DNA of 63,477 nt, the filler included, from Nemertoderma westbladi (lineage: Eukaryota; Animalia; Xenacoelomorpha): NCBI GenBank assembly GCA_032718475.1. It is 4 parts of 4 records of this genome, joined end to end, with 100 filler letters (N's around TTAATTAATTAA, not from the genome) between each part and the next. Parts side by side here need not be neighbours in the genome. Positions count along the whole stretch, not along the records: positions 29,094 to 47,966 come from JAUCBJ010006229.1; positions 48,067 to 57,632 come from JAUCBJ010005480.1; 2 more parts are not named here. One strand, written 5' to 3'. Position numbers and translations under genes: made by a program. Below are positions 40,659 to 52,220 of this stretch, in pieces (position 1 is the stretch's first letter; every line of letters begins with the position of its first letter). The notes below the pieces were generated by a model, which ran no database searches, had not been told where the DNA came from, and worked only from the letters and a program-made list of their open reading frames with translations.

Positions 40659-41057
40659 GAGAAGGTGGGTGGGTGGGAAGGGAAGGTGGGTGTGTGGGAA
40701 GATGGGAATGCGGGAAGGTGGATGGGAAGGTGGGAATGTAGGAAGATGGGAATATAGGAAGGTGGGTGGGAATGTGGGAAGATGTGAATGTGGGAAGGTG
40801 GATGGGAATGTAGGAAGATGGGAATGTGGGAAGGTGGATGGGAATATGGGAAGGTGGGTGGTAATGTGGGAAGGTGGGTGGGAATGTGGGAAGGTGGTAA
40901 TGTAGGAAGACGGGAATGTAGGAAGATGGGAATGTGGGAAGATGGGAATGTGGGAAGGTGGATGGAAATGTAGGAAGATGGGAATGTGGTAAGGTGGGTG
41001 GGAATGTTGGAAGGTGGGTGGGAATGAGGAATACGGGAATGTGGGAAGATGGGAATG
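40659..41057 (+). repeat. G-rich simple repeat (GGGAATGT/GGGAAGAT/GGGAAGGT), left half
   Basis: Direct reading. Resumes at 46228 on the other side of the LTR element. Confidence 0.92.
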
Positions 41058-42435
41058 TGTGTCGGGATCAAGGGATCCCGACCGGATAGTTAGTCTACGC
41101 GTCACCGTTGTCTGTATGTTAGCTAGGCCGAGGACGTTGTAATAAATAACAGGGGTTGGATGTTGTCCCTTTGCTGTTCTAATAATGATAGGCTGATAAT
41201 GATAGCACAATAAAGAAATATATATGATGACAGTTTTCCGAAACGGTACCGGTATGTGTTGGTGACGTTAGTGACGGTAAAGAACGTCACCGGTCTGCAC
41301 TGAACTAATGACTGGAATAACTAGACAGGTATTGGTAATGCAACATAATATATGTATGATTACTCTTACACTACCGTGGCCTCTTAATCTAGCGGATGCT
41401 TCCCTCGCCCCTATTGGCTAATAATCTACTTCACGTCCCTCACCTCTGTGGGAGTGCTTCCCCCCCTGTTGGTGCTACTTGCCCTCTCGAGGTGGTTTGA
41501 CCTCTAACCTCCCTTTGTGTGGCTTCTGGGGTTTGTGATATCCCCGTTATTGGGTGTGATACGAGATTGGTTGTTATCAATCTCGTATCTCCAATATTGC
41601 TGAAAAAGGCGCCACTTCCCAACTTTATGGGGGTAATGAGGCGGGATTGACTCACACTCCCCCCCCATGCTATCTTCCCGGTGAGAAGATAGCATCACCT
41701 TTGAGTGCGCTTCAATTCCGCTGGAACCCGATCTACTATCGGATGTGGGGTGGAGTTCTTTTACTCGGTGTCGGCTTTCCAGGCCGCTCCCTCTGGGTAT
41801 GATGTTACTACCCCCTCTTGGTGCAACTCCAACCTATGTTGCACCAAGACATCTGGCGTCTCGGTTCAAGACAATTGTGGACTCCTCTCTCACAATTTTA
41901 AATCTCCACTCCACTCTAACTGACTCTAACTTCTCTCTACTTTCACTCTAACTCCACTCCACTTTCGGACCTCTTTGTCCCTCACTCTGCCTCTTACTCC
42001 CCCCCCCCCCCCCCCCCACATTTGAATCGCACCCGTACTCTCTTCACACGCCTCAACACCACCTCTCCCTATCTCCCCTGCGTTTTATACTCAACCCTTA
42101 CTCATTCCGCTCCACTCACTCCTGACGAACCTCACCCTCCCCTTTCGCGCCGTCGCACTCAAGAAGTGTGAGTCGTCCAGTGTCTCGTCCTGTCATAGTC
42201 AATTGGTCCCCAGTCCCAGTAGCTAGTTGGAAAAGGTTACATGACCATAGTACTTACTTTGATTATATTGGTTATATGATTATATTCTAATGATTATTAC
42301 ATACGTACGTACTAATTGCACTTTTATTAAATTTGCACTTAGGAGTTCGAATTACTTCGCATGTGGTGCCTTCCAGGCATCTCCACATCTCCCCCTCCAA
42401 GTTCTAGTTCGCTCCTCCTGTCTTTGGGAACCATC

Positions 42436-44020
42436 TCAGTTCCTTCCCTCTCTCGTCGTCCTGTCTCGGTCGCTTCCTGGTTGTCGTCGGAAGTTGCACT
42501 TAGAACACCGATTGTGCAACCGTGGACACGCCCCCATCCTATGACTCGACTCGCGGCAGTAGAGGCAGCTCCTTTCCTGGTGAGTAAGCCTCCCGCAGTA
42601 ATCGCAGCCGAGTACCAATGCGTCCCGCCCCAAGTCGTCCTTCGCCCCAAGCGATCTCCTCGGTCTATGGAGTCGCTGGTAAGCAAACTTCTGGACGTTA
42701 ACGTCTCTGTCCATGTCTATGTCCTCGTCTCGCCTGGGCATCGTCTCTCCGAATACTACCCATGGTGCCGTTCCCGGTTGCTCGCCCAACCTGATGGTGC
42801 TCCCCACGAAATCCATCGCTGGGTCCTCATGCACCCAGGCCCGCTTGCCGGGTCTATCCCAGAAGGCCCTCGCCCCGCTGGCCGTCACCACTCTCCCGCC
42901 AACCCAGTCCGTGTCTGAGTGGCCGATTCTCCCGATGGGCGGCATCTCTCCGAACTCGTCGTCATCCTCGTCCTCTGCTGGGAGTGGCTCCAAACCCGGT
43001 ATCCCGGTAGACCCACTGTGTCCCTTCCCACCTTGGCTCTCGCCCGTGACTTTCCATCCTTCCAGTTCCCCTGGCCTTCTCTTCGCATTCTCTAAAGTTT
43101 CTCGCGACCCTCTCAGCCCTCTCTTTATTCTCTCTCGCCAACTCTCTCTCTTTCTCTAGCAACGCAGCTCCCTCATCCAACTGCCTCTCTAATTCATTCT
43201 GGTCTAGCGCTACCATATCTAATTGACACGCCAGATCTATCTCTAACACCCTTCTTGCTTTCGCAGAGGATGTAGCGGACTTATCGGTCGATATGGACTC
43301 CCATCGCCTCTTTGTCCTACTAATTTCCCCTTCTCGCTAACCGACGAGACCAAATCCTCGGGGTTAACCTCGGGTTCGCCCTCGTGCGGATCTGCCCAAC
43401 CCACTAACTTAATTCCCCTAGCATCCACTAAATATGGCCCTACGTACACCACCTCAGGCTCCATAACCCCGGATCGCCACTGTTCAAATAGTTCGGTGGC
43501 GACCCCCCTCGCTCTCTCACTCGCCAGTTCTCCCTGCCCGCCCGAAACGGACTAGATATCTGAAATGTTTATTCGACTCACCTAGCCGCTGGCTCAACTT
43601 CCCCTGGTTTACCTTTGCTCCCTCTCTGGCATCCTTGAGCTGTTTCTTCGTGGCGTTGTAGGCCCATCGAAGCCGATCGCTGGTTCTGACGTCCTCGTCG
43701 CCGACATTTCCTCCTCCTCTCCTGGTTCGGCGTCGTACCGGCGGCCCCACCGTCGCCGTTCCAGTGGGCCGTCCGTCGCCCTCGGCCTGTGGCTGGCCGG
43801 CGACTTCGGTACTCCGACCGTCGTTGTGCGTCGACTCGTCCCCTCCTCGTAGTAGACGGCCGCCCTCCGCTTGGGCTGCCGGATCGTCTCTCGTCGTCGA
43901 ATCCGGCGTCGCGGGTCGATACCGTCGCATCGCGGCCTCGCGGATCGTTTGGTTGGTATCGTCCGGGGTCCGCGGCTGTGTCCTCTGTCCCTCCGAATCT
44001 CGGGGCTCTCCTGAACTCAT
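42436..44020 (-). pseudogene. Disrupted gag-like ORF with coiled coil and CCHC zinc knuckles
   Basis: Consecutive minus-strand ORF pieces (43517-44020, 43243-43464, 42962-43249, 42436-42993). CDYCGRLTHQERSC and CLYCRESSHRMGAC both fit CX2CX4HX4C. Confidence 0.8.
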
Positions 44021-44230
44021 CTTTAACTTTCTCTGGCAGTCTGGTGTCTGGCAGAAAGCGTCACCGTTGTCCTGTTGTCTGTATGTTAGCTAGGCCGAGG
44101 ACGTTGTAATAAATAACAGGGGTTGGATGTTGTCCCTTTGCTGTTCTAATAATGATAGGCTGATAATGATAGCACAATAAAGAAATATATATGATGACAG
44201 TTTTCCGAAACGGTACCGGTATGTGTTGGA

Positions 44231-45535
44231 ATTGGAATTATTTATTAACAATAAAATATACAGTAAAATATACGGGTAATTGAAATAAAAGACATAACTG
44301 TCATAGGGTCAATCCACTGAGGGTAAAAAGTCTAAAAACAACAAACAAACAAACAGTGCATAGCATAATATTTGCATATATAAGTAAATGTATATATTGG
44401 CTATTAGAGTCAAATCGCGGTGACAGTGTTGTGTAGGTACTGTATGGTGTGTGGTGTGTGTATTATTAGTGTATAGTGCGTTTGTATTTGTCTGAGTTGC
44501 GGTTCGGTCCGGTAGGTTTCAGGTGCAGTTGTTTCTCTTAGTGTCCTTTATACTGGGAGTTAGTTTATTGTTCAGGATAGCCCCAAGAGACTGCGTCTCG
44601 TTTTCATGGGGGTCCTGTCGGTTCGGTGTTGTCGAAGTTGTGTGTGTAGTGTAGTGTTTATGACGTGTTAGCGTAAAAAATTGACGATTCGTTTGATATA
44701 ACGTGTTTCATTAGGTGTTCTTTTACTTTGTGTTTGAATATTTCAGTGTTAGTGGATGCTTTTATGTCGCTCGGTAATTGGTTCCAAAGGTATGGTCCCA
44801 GGTATGAGAATGATAGTGTTCCAGCTGCAGTTCTTTTGTGTGGGACAATAGCGTGTGCAAAGCCGTTACGTAGTCTGTTGGTCGTATGGTCAAAGTTTAT
44901 TAAATTCTGTAAGTATGTGGGTGCCTTTTTGTTATAGACGTTGTAGACGTGAGTCAGGATTAGCTGGTGTGTTCGTTGAGTGATCGGTAGCCAGTTCATT
45001 GCCGTGAAATGACTTGCGTCTAAGTGAGTACGAGTTGGAAGTGACAAGCAGAATCTGATGCATTTCCGTTGGAGCGCATCAATTTGTTGTCTGTACCGTT
45101 TGTTGGTACTGAGGTACCAAAATGGAGCTGCGTAGTCTATTAGGGGTTGTATTAGGGAGTTGCACAGCAAGCGGCGTAGAGGCTTATCCAGGACTTCTTG
45201 ATTGCGGTACAAGAACCGAAGGCACGAGTTCCCTTTTTTTATTGTCCTTTGGGCGTTTGATGTGCCGGATAGCGTAGCGTCTAACGAGTATCCCAGGTAG
45301 GTTACCGATTCGGATGTCATTAATTCTTTTCCTTGGTAGGTTACCGAGAAGTCGTCAGTGTTAGTCAGTCGCGCATGGGTGCCGAATAACATTAATTCGA
45401 ACTTGTCCGGGTGGATTCGGAGTCGGTTATCGGATGACCATTGTGAGACTCGTGCCAAGGTTCCTGAGAGACATTCGGCGATATCGTGGTGGTTGGTGCC
45501 GGCGCTGAGCAGGTTGGTGTCGTCCGCGTATTTCA
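44231..45535 (-). mobile_element. 5'-truncated CR1/L2-group LINE (RT C-terminal half plus 3' UTR)
   Basis: KYADDTNL, YLGYSLD, LIQPLIDYAAPFW, FSYLGPYLWNQLP motifs. AATAAA-containing 3' end abuts the LTR breakpoint at ~44230. Confidence 0.9.
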
Positions 45536-45810
45536 TCGCGGTGGCCGGGTTGGCTGGTGGCGTAGTCGCAGCCGGGGTGGCCGATAGAGTGGCGTCAGCC
45601 GGGGTGCCCAGTGGCGTAGACATGGCCGGGGTGGCTGATAGAGTGGCGACGGCCGGGGTGGCCAGTGGCGTAGTCGCGGTCGGGGTGGCCGATAGAGTGG
45701 CGACGGCCAGGGTGGCCAGTGGCGTAGTCGCGGCCAGTGTGGCCGATAGAGTGGCGGCGGCCGGGGTGGCCAGTGGCGTAGTCACGGCCGGGGTGGCCGA
45801 TAGAGTGGCG
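45536..45810. repeat. 54-bp GC-rich tandem repeat (~5 copies) between the LINE 5' break and the LTR
   Basis: GCCGGGGTGGCCGATAGAGTGGCG/GCCGGGGTGGCCAGTGGCGTAGTC alternation. Gives an 18-aa Ala/Thr/Pro period in the ORF track. Confidence 0.85.
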
Positions 45811-46227
45811 TTAGTGACGTTAGTGACGGTAAAGAACGTAAAGAACGGTAAAGAACGTCACTGGTCTGCACTGAACTAATGACTGGAATAACTGGACCGG
45901 TATTGGTAATGCAACATATGTATGATTACTCTTACACTACCGTGGCCTCTTAATCTAGCGGATGCTTCCCTCGCCTCTATTGGCTAATAATCTACTTCAC
46001 GCCTCTCACCTCTGTGGGAGTGCTTCCCCCCCTGTTGGTGTTACTTGCCCTCTTGAGGTGGTTTGACCTCTAACCTCCCTTTGTGTGGCTTCTGGGGTTT
46101 GTGTTATCCCCGTTATTGGGTGTGATACGAGATTGGTTGTTATCAATCTCGTATCTCCAATATTGCTGAAAAAGGCGCCACTTCCCAACTTTATGGGGGT
46201 AATGAGGCGGAATTGAATCCGCTCACA

Positions 46228-47040
46228 GAATGTGGGAAGATGGGATTGTGGGAAGATGGGAATGTGGGAAGGTGGATGGGAATGTGGGAAGTTGGGTGGG
46301 AATGAGGAATACGGGAATGTGGGAAGATGGGAAGGTGGATGTGAATGTATGAAGATGGGAATGTGGGAAGGTGTTTGGGAATGTGGGAAGGTGGATGGGA
46401 ATGTGGGAAGGTGGATGGGAATGTGGGAAGTTGGGTGGGAATGAGGAATACGGGAATGTGGGAAGATGGGAAGGTGGATGTGAATGTATGAAGATGGGAA
46501 TGTGGGAAGGTGTTTGGGAATGTGGGAAGGTGGATGGGAATGTGGGAATGTAGGAAGATGGGAATGTAGGAAGATGGGAATGTGGGAAGATAGGAATGTG
46601 GGAAGATGGGAATGTGGGAAGGTGGATGGGCATGTAGGAAGATGGGAATGTGGAAAGGTGGATGGGAATGTGGGAAGATGGGAATGTGGGAAGGTGGGTG
46701 GGAATGAGAAATACGGAAATGTGGGAAGATGGGAATGTGGGAAGATGGGAATGTGGGTGGGTGGATGGGAATGTAGAAAGATGGGAATGTGGTATGGTGG
46801 GTGGGAATGTGGGAAGGTGGCTGGGAATGAGGAATACGGGAATGTGGGAAGATGGGAATGTGGGAAGATGGGAATGTAGGAAGATGGGAATGTGGGAAGG
46901 TGGATGGGAATGTAGGATGATGGGAATGTGGGGTGGTGGATGGGAATGTGCGATGGTGGCTGGGTGGGAAGATGGGAAGGTTCATGGAATTGTATGAAGA
47001 TGGGAAGGTGGGAAGATTGATGGGAATGTGGGAAGATGTG
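46228..47040 (+). repeat. G-rich simple repeat, right half
   Basis: Same GGGAATGTGGGAAGAT motifs as 40659-41057. Confidence 0.92.
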
Positions 47041-47044
47041 AATA

Positions 47045-47966
47045 ACAATGTATATTGTTTGGATAGAAAAGCCCGTTGCTGTAACCTGCTCTTTTCCCTC
47101 AATGGGTAGGTAAAAACAACGTTTATTGTTTTGTTTAGAAAAGCCCGCCTCTGTAACCTACTCATTTCCTTAAATTGGTAGATAACAACACAACAACGTT
47201 CATTGTTTTGGTTAGAAATGCCCGCTGCTGTGACCTGCTCCTTTCTCTCAATTGGTAGGTAAAAACAACGTTTATTGTTTTGTTTAGAAAAGCCGCCTCT
47301 GTAAACTTCTCCTCTCCTTCAATTGGTAGATAAAGACGTTTATTGTTTTGGTTAGAAAAGCCTGCACCTGTAACCTGCTCCTTTCTCTCGATTGGTAGGT
47401 AACAACATCTTTTATTGTTTCGTTTAGAAAAGGTTAATTGGTAGATAACAACACAACAACGTTTATTGTTTTGGTTAGAAATGCCCGCTGCTGTGACCTG
47501 CTCCTTTCTCTCAATTTGTAGGTAAAAACAACGTATATTGTTTTGTTTAGAAATCCGCCTCTGTAAACTACTCCTCTCCTTCAATTGGTAGATAACAACG
47601 TTTATTGTTTTGGTTAGAAAAGCCTGCATCTGTAACCTGCTCCTTTCTCTGGATTGGTAGGTAACAACATCACTTATTGTTTCGTTTAGAAAAGCCCGCC
47701 TCTGTAACCTGCTCCTTTCTCTCAAATGGTAACAATATCGTTTATTGTTTGGGTTAGAAAAGCCCGCCTCTGTAACCTGCGCTTCTCCCTCAATTGGTAA
47801 CAATATCGTTTATTGTTTTGGTTAGAAAATCACGCCACTGTAACCTGCTCTTCTCCCTCAATTGGTAACAATATCGTTTATTGTTTTTGGTTAGAAAAGC
47901 CCGCCTGTAACCTACTCCTTTCCCTCGGTTAGTAGGCAACAACATCGTTTAATGTTTTGGTTAGAA
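47045..47966. repeat. ~62-70-bp diverged minisatellite running into the gap
   Basis: CGTTTATTGTTTTGGTTAGAAAAGCCCGCCTCTGTAACCTGCTCCTTTCTCTCAATTGGTA recurs. The same core occurs inside the Mutator-like MITE (~39827) and at ~40114. Confidence 0.88.
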
Positions 47967-48066
47967 NNNNNNNNNNNNNNNNNNNNNNNNNNNNNNNNNN
48001 NNNNNNNNNNTTAATTAATTAANNNNNNNNNNNNNNNNNNNNNNNNNNNNNNNNNNNNNNNNNNNN
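47967..48066. other. Artificial contig spacer
   Basis: N44-TTAATTAATTAA-N44. Confidence 0.97.
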
Positions 48067-48084
48067 AGATCCAATCTCACTCAC

Positions 48085-48225
48085 CTTCCAGTTGTTCCAA
48101 CAGATCCCATCTCGGCATTCTGGTCGCAGAACGTACTGGATTTCTTCACATATATCAGATCGTTTTCTGTGTAACTCAACATGTCGGAATATCGTGTTTC
48201 TAACTCGTAACGCATTCCAATTTGT
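48085..48225 (-). CDS. WNT11: Wnt11-like ligand, exon D
   Basis: ttcccAG|A CAA...GGA AG|GTGAGT. Translates (R)QIGMRYELETRYSDMLSYTENDLIYVKKSSTFCDQNAEMGSVGTTG(R), aligning with the Wnt ELVYL.SSPDFC....GS.GT..R segment. Phase 2 fits exon C. Confidence 0.88.
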
Positions 48226-48349
48226 CTGGGAATAATGTAATGACAACGTCATTGAACGGGACTGGTATTTAAACCAGAATGCGAGAGAGAGAGTATTAAA
48301 AATATATGATATTCGAGCGAATTATGGCATCACAATTACGACATCATAA

Positions 48350-48653
48350 AATTGTGGGAGGTGAACCGGCCCCTAAAACCCTAAATAACTCTCACGATGT
48401 TATTGTGGGAAGTGAACCGGCCCCTAAAACCCTAAATAACTCTCACGATGTTATTGTGGGAAGTGAACCGGCCCCTAAAACCCTAAATAACTCTCACGAT
48501 GTTATTGTGGGAAGTGAACCGGCCCCTAAAACCCTAAATAACTCTCACGATGTTATTGTGGGAAGTGAACCGGCCCCTAAAACCCTAAATAACTCTCACG
48601 ATGTTATTGTGGGAAGTGAACCGGCCCCTAAAACCCTAAATAACTCTCACGAT
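48350..48653. repeat. 51-bp tandem repeat, 6 near-identical copies, intronic
   Basis: ATTGTGGGAAGTGAACCGGCCCCTAAAACCCTAAATAACTCTCACGATGTT. Confidence 0.95.
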
Positions 48654-48939
48654 TTTATCATTATTGATGAGATTCGTTTGATTTATGATCTTGAATTTAA
48701 AGATATCCAGAGAACTCATCTGGTAGCTGAACGTGAGCCTCAAAATCTGTGATTGCGGTCGTTAAATGTTAAAAATAACTAATAAAAATTACTTCAAGAC
48801 TTTTATAATCCAGCTATTTTTAAGATTACAACAGTGCCAGGCGTTTTAAAATTCTAGCAGGACCGATGATTTTAGTGTAGAATCGATAATTTAATATTAT
48901 TAAGTGCTAGATTATGACTTGGAGTACTTCTTTCTTCCT

Positions 48940-50695
48940 GGGCGGAAAAGCCAACCAACCACCGCGGAAGAATGACCAGCCGATCGCCTCAATGGTTGGA
49001 AGGCCCACTTTGAAAAGCTCCTCAATAATGACAGGGTATTGCCTGATAACTTAATAGAAGTAAAAGTGTCTGAGTCTGTACAACCAGATATTCCCATTGG
49101 CGATATCTCCTTTGCAGAAGTGAAGGCTGCTGCAAAGAGCATTAAGACCAATCGTGCCAGTGGAGTAGATGGTGTTCCCCCTGAGGTCTTTAAAATACCT
49201 GAGTGTTTAAAGCTCATCTATCCCATCATAGTAGACATGTACAGAACAACAAGAGTCCCACAAGAAATTAAAACAAATAAGTTGGTGCCAGTTCCCAAGA
49301 AGGGCAACCTAACACTCTATGGTTCTTTTCGGGGAATCTCATTGATCTCGATTGCTGCAAAGCTATACAATATAATTCTATTAAATCGCATCAGGGATCC
49401 CATTGAGAGACTATACTCTGTGGAAATCAGAATGGGTTCCGTAAAGGTCGTGGGACCATGGAGCCCATTTTGGCACTTAGAAGGATAATTGAAGAGTTAT
49501 CAAAAAAGAAAGACAGGCATCTGGCTGTTAACTTTGTTGACTTTTTCAAGGCCTTTGATTCAGTCTCTCGCTCACGTATGTTCAGCATACTTTCATCATA
49601 TGGGATTCCTGATGAAATTATTGCAGCAATCAGATCAGTATACGATGGTTCGACAACATTTGTGTCTACGGTTAATGGTGACACAGAACCATTTGAAGAA
49701 TTATGGGGGAACAGTGTGTCTCCAAGGAGACACACTTGCGCCATTCTTATTCATAATTGTGGTTGACTATGTTCTACGCATGTCCTTAGATCAACATAAT
49801 GATGATGGTGTGATGGTAACTCCACCTACTGGCTTCAGAAGTCGAGGAAATCCTGCCAAGTACCTAACTGATCTAGACGTTGCTGATGACTTAGGAGTAC
49901 TCTCAGAATCACTAGAGGGAGCCCAACGGCTCCTCAGCTCATTAGAACAGGCTGCTTCTAGTGTTGCTCTTTTCATTAACTCCAAAAAGACCAACATTTT
50001 GACAGTTAACTTTGAAAGTCCTCAGCAAGTCTCTGATCGGATGAGCATAAGCTCAAAGAATGATATGCTTGAGCATGTGGACGACTTCTGTTACCTGGGA
50101 TCATGGATCCGGAAGTTAGGTGAGGACCTTCGAATACGAAAGGGAAAGGCATGGGCCGCCTTGAATAGGCTTTCCAGGATTTGGAAGTCACAGAGAATTA
50201 ATCGGAAACTTAAGGTCCGATTATTTAGAGCAGCAGTAGTTCCAGTACTCCTCTATGGGAGTACATGCTGGGCTCTAACTGCTGAGGACATCACATCTCT
50301 GGATGGCACATTCACAAGAATGCTACGCCGGGTTCATTGTGTCAAGTACAATGCACACATCTCCAACCTGGCACTATATAACATTGGAGGTGTCTCATTG
50401 GTTCCCCCAAGCTTGACACTAGAACATAGTCGCCTCCGCTTTGCAGGTCATTGCTTTCGCCGTGAGGACAAGCCAGTGCATAATCCTGTGTTTTGGCAGC
50501 CTCATGGAGTGAATAAGCTTGGTGGACAGCCCATGACTTTCTTGAGACGCATCTTAAAGGACACTGGCCTTGAAGATGCGGATGATCTAGCAAATGTCAT
50601 GGGTGATAGGGAGTTGTGGCGGCGCAATTTTGTCGACAAGCCAGCACAGCCTTCTTAAAAATGCAGCTGCAATGCAGCATGCCGATTCTAGTAGT
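48940..50695 (+). mobile_element. RTE-clade LINE, 5'-truncated, frameshifted RT, inside a Wnt intron
   Basis: ASGVDGVPPEVFK, LVPVPKKGNL..FRGISLISIAAKLYN, FVDFFKAFDSV, QGDTLAPFLF, DLDVADDL, LLYGSTCWALT..LDGTFTRMLRR. (TAG)n tail. Confidence 0.93.
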
Positions 50696-51116
50696 GGAGA
50701 AACTAGTTTTATTCGAAATGGAAATATTAAATAAAATGAGAGGATATATTTTTTTTTATTAAATTAAATGTTACACATTATAGCTTTTCACTACTACAGT
50801 AGATGTTATAGTTGTTCTTGTCCATGGTCAGCTACAGTATACAGATATGCAGCTGCTTACTGTTACAGTCCCTATCCTCACGACAAAAAGAAATCATATA
50901 AGAAAAACATTTATTTCAAACTATTTGGTTATATTTATTTATACATAAAAACTACACACTATACACTATACTAACACTATACATAATTAATTGTTGTCTG
51001 TATCTCTAAAAAATATCAAATATAGAGCTTAATTGTTAATAAATAATTATTATACAAACAATTAATTTCCCATTCTACCAAGACATCTCCAGCAGCCACT
51101 ATTTGCCTTTAATCTC

Positions 51117-52220
51117 TTATGCATTCACTTTATCTTCGAGGACATTCCCAGAATTAATTCCATCATCGTATACATCGTGAACCTCTCTTACATTAACATC
51201 ATCAAGTTTCTTATCAACCTTCTCTTTAGTGGCTTCACCGTTAGATATAATCACAGAATTTTCTCTCGGAGAAACATCGACTTCCGAACCTCTGGATTTT
51301 GACTTTAAAGTATTTAAAGATAATAACATAGCTAAGTTGGTGGTCGATCGTTCGTAATGGAACATTCCGGGAGTTTCAAAGTTCTTGTTGACGTTGTCGG
51401 TAGGAACGTTTTTGTCAATGGAGATGATATTCTTATTCTCAGAATCTCCTAAAACTTGTTTCTCGGTTGAGCGAACCACCGATTCTAAAAGCATGGTTGA
51501 ATCGGTATCCGTTGCTATAGCTACTGGTTGTCCAACCTCCCTGCAACTAGAGTCAATATAATCCAAAGAAACCTTCGTGTTACTTATTATTTCGTGTGCT
51601 CTTTCGGTCATGTTGTCAAGGTTTACATCAAAAACCTCTTGAGGAATTTCAGATAATATAATTGGTGTATCTTCGGGAAGGCGACTTAGTACACGATTAT
51701 CGCCGTACAGCTGGATATCCTCAGTTCCGCCATCTAGCGTCCATAAGACGTCATCAGCAACCGCGAGTTCCAGTTCTGGCCACCAGAGAGTGTTAGAAGA
51801 CGATGGGTGCTCGCGATGGAGATGATGAAAGGGGATTCGGGATCGTTTAAAGGGTTTAAAGCTTTTGGTTTCCGATTGGATATCATCAGTGTGGCAATTT
51901 CCATTAACGATCGGTGATTGGATGTCTCTACTCCCAAACTGGAATAAAGTTATTCCAAGTTCCAGATTGTCCAATCGCGATACAACACCACCAAGAGCGG
52001 TAATTGATGAGTGAAACTCAGGTTTCATCTTATGATATATAGAGCAGCTATATCCATGGTAATGGGGATAACGTTTATAATTGGTTGAATAATTAATTGG
52101 ATTTAATACGTCACCAATTGGATCAGCTGTTAGTAAATCAACGGTATTTGGTTGTGAAAATGATTCACTAAGGACAGATTGTACATCCTCAGGCACAACT
52201 ACATCGGAAAGTGATTCCAT
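51117..52220 (-). CDS. Uncharacterised 367-aa single-exon ORF nested in the Wnt11-like intron, same strand
   Basis: ATG-to-TAA 1.1-kb non-repetitive ORF in AT-rich surroundings. Acidic, Ser/Asn-rich. No motif recognised. Confidence 0.55.
   Translation of the reverse strand: MESLSDVVVPEDVQSVLSESFSQPNTVDLLTADPIGDVLNPINYSTNYKRYPHYHGYSCSIYHKMKPEFHSSITALGGVVSRLDNLELGITLFQFGSRDIQSPIVNGNCHTDDIQSETKSFKPFKRSRIPFHHLHREHPSSSNTLWWPELELAVADDVLWTLDGGTEDIQLYGDNRVLSRLPEDTPIILSEIPQEVFDVNLDNMTERAHEIISNTKVSLDYIDSSCREVGQPVAIATDTDSTMLLESVVRSTEKQVLGDSENKNIISIDKNVPTDNVNKNFETPGMFHYERSTTNLAMLLSLNTLKSKSRGSEVDVSPRENSVIISNGEATKEKVDKKLDDVNVREVHDVYDDGINSGNVLEDKVNA

Larger units (their letters stand above)
41058..46227 (-). 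mobile_element. Non-autonomous (Gag-only) LTR retrotransposon with a LINE inserted in its 5' LTR
   Basis: TGTG...CACA termini and 5-bp TSD GAATG. 3' LTR 41058-41656 has a polypurine tract (minus strand GGGGGGGGAG) adjacent at 41657-41666. 5' LTR is split into ~44058-44230 and ~45815-46227. No pol. Confidence 0.88.

Noticed and set aside
44658-45785. Mucin-like domain fused to RT as a real protein
   Set aside because: Chance in-frame join of a 54-bp repeat to a 5'-truncated LINE. Non-ATG start and RT N-terminal motifs missing.
40568-47803. His/Pro-rich and Trp/Gly-rich ORFs
   Set aside because: Translations of the G-rich simple repeat and the adjacent minisatellite.
48306-48752. 148-aa repeat protein, or a further splice-junction array
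   Set aside because: A 51-bp minisatellite ~125 bp from the Wnt exon-D acceptor that includes no exon sequence or splice site. It serves as a counter-example showing arrays also arise mid-intron.
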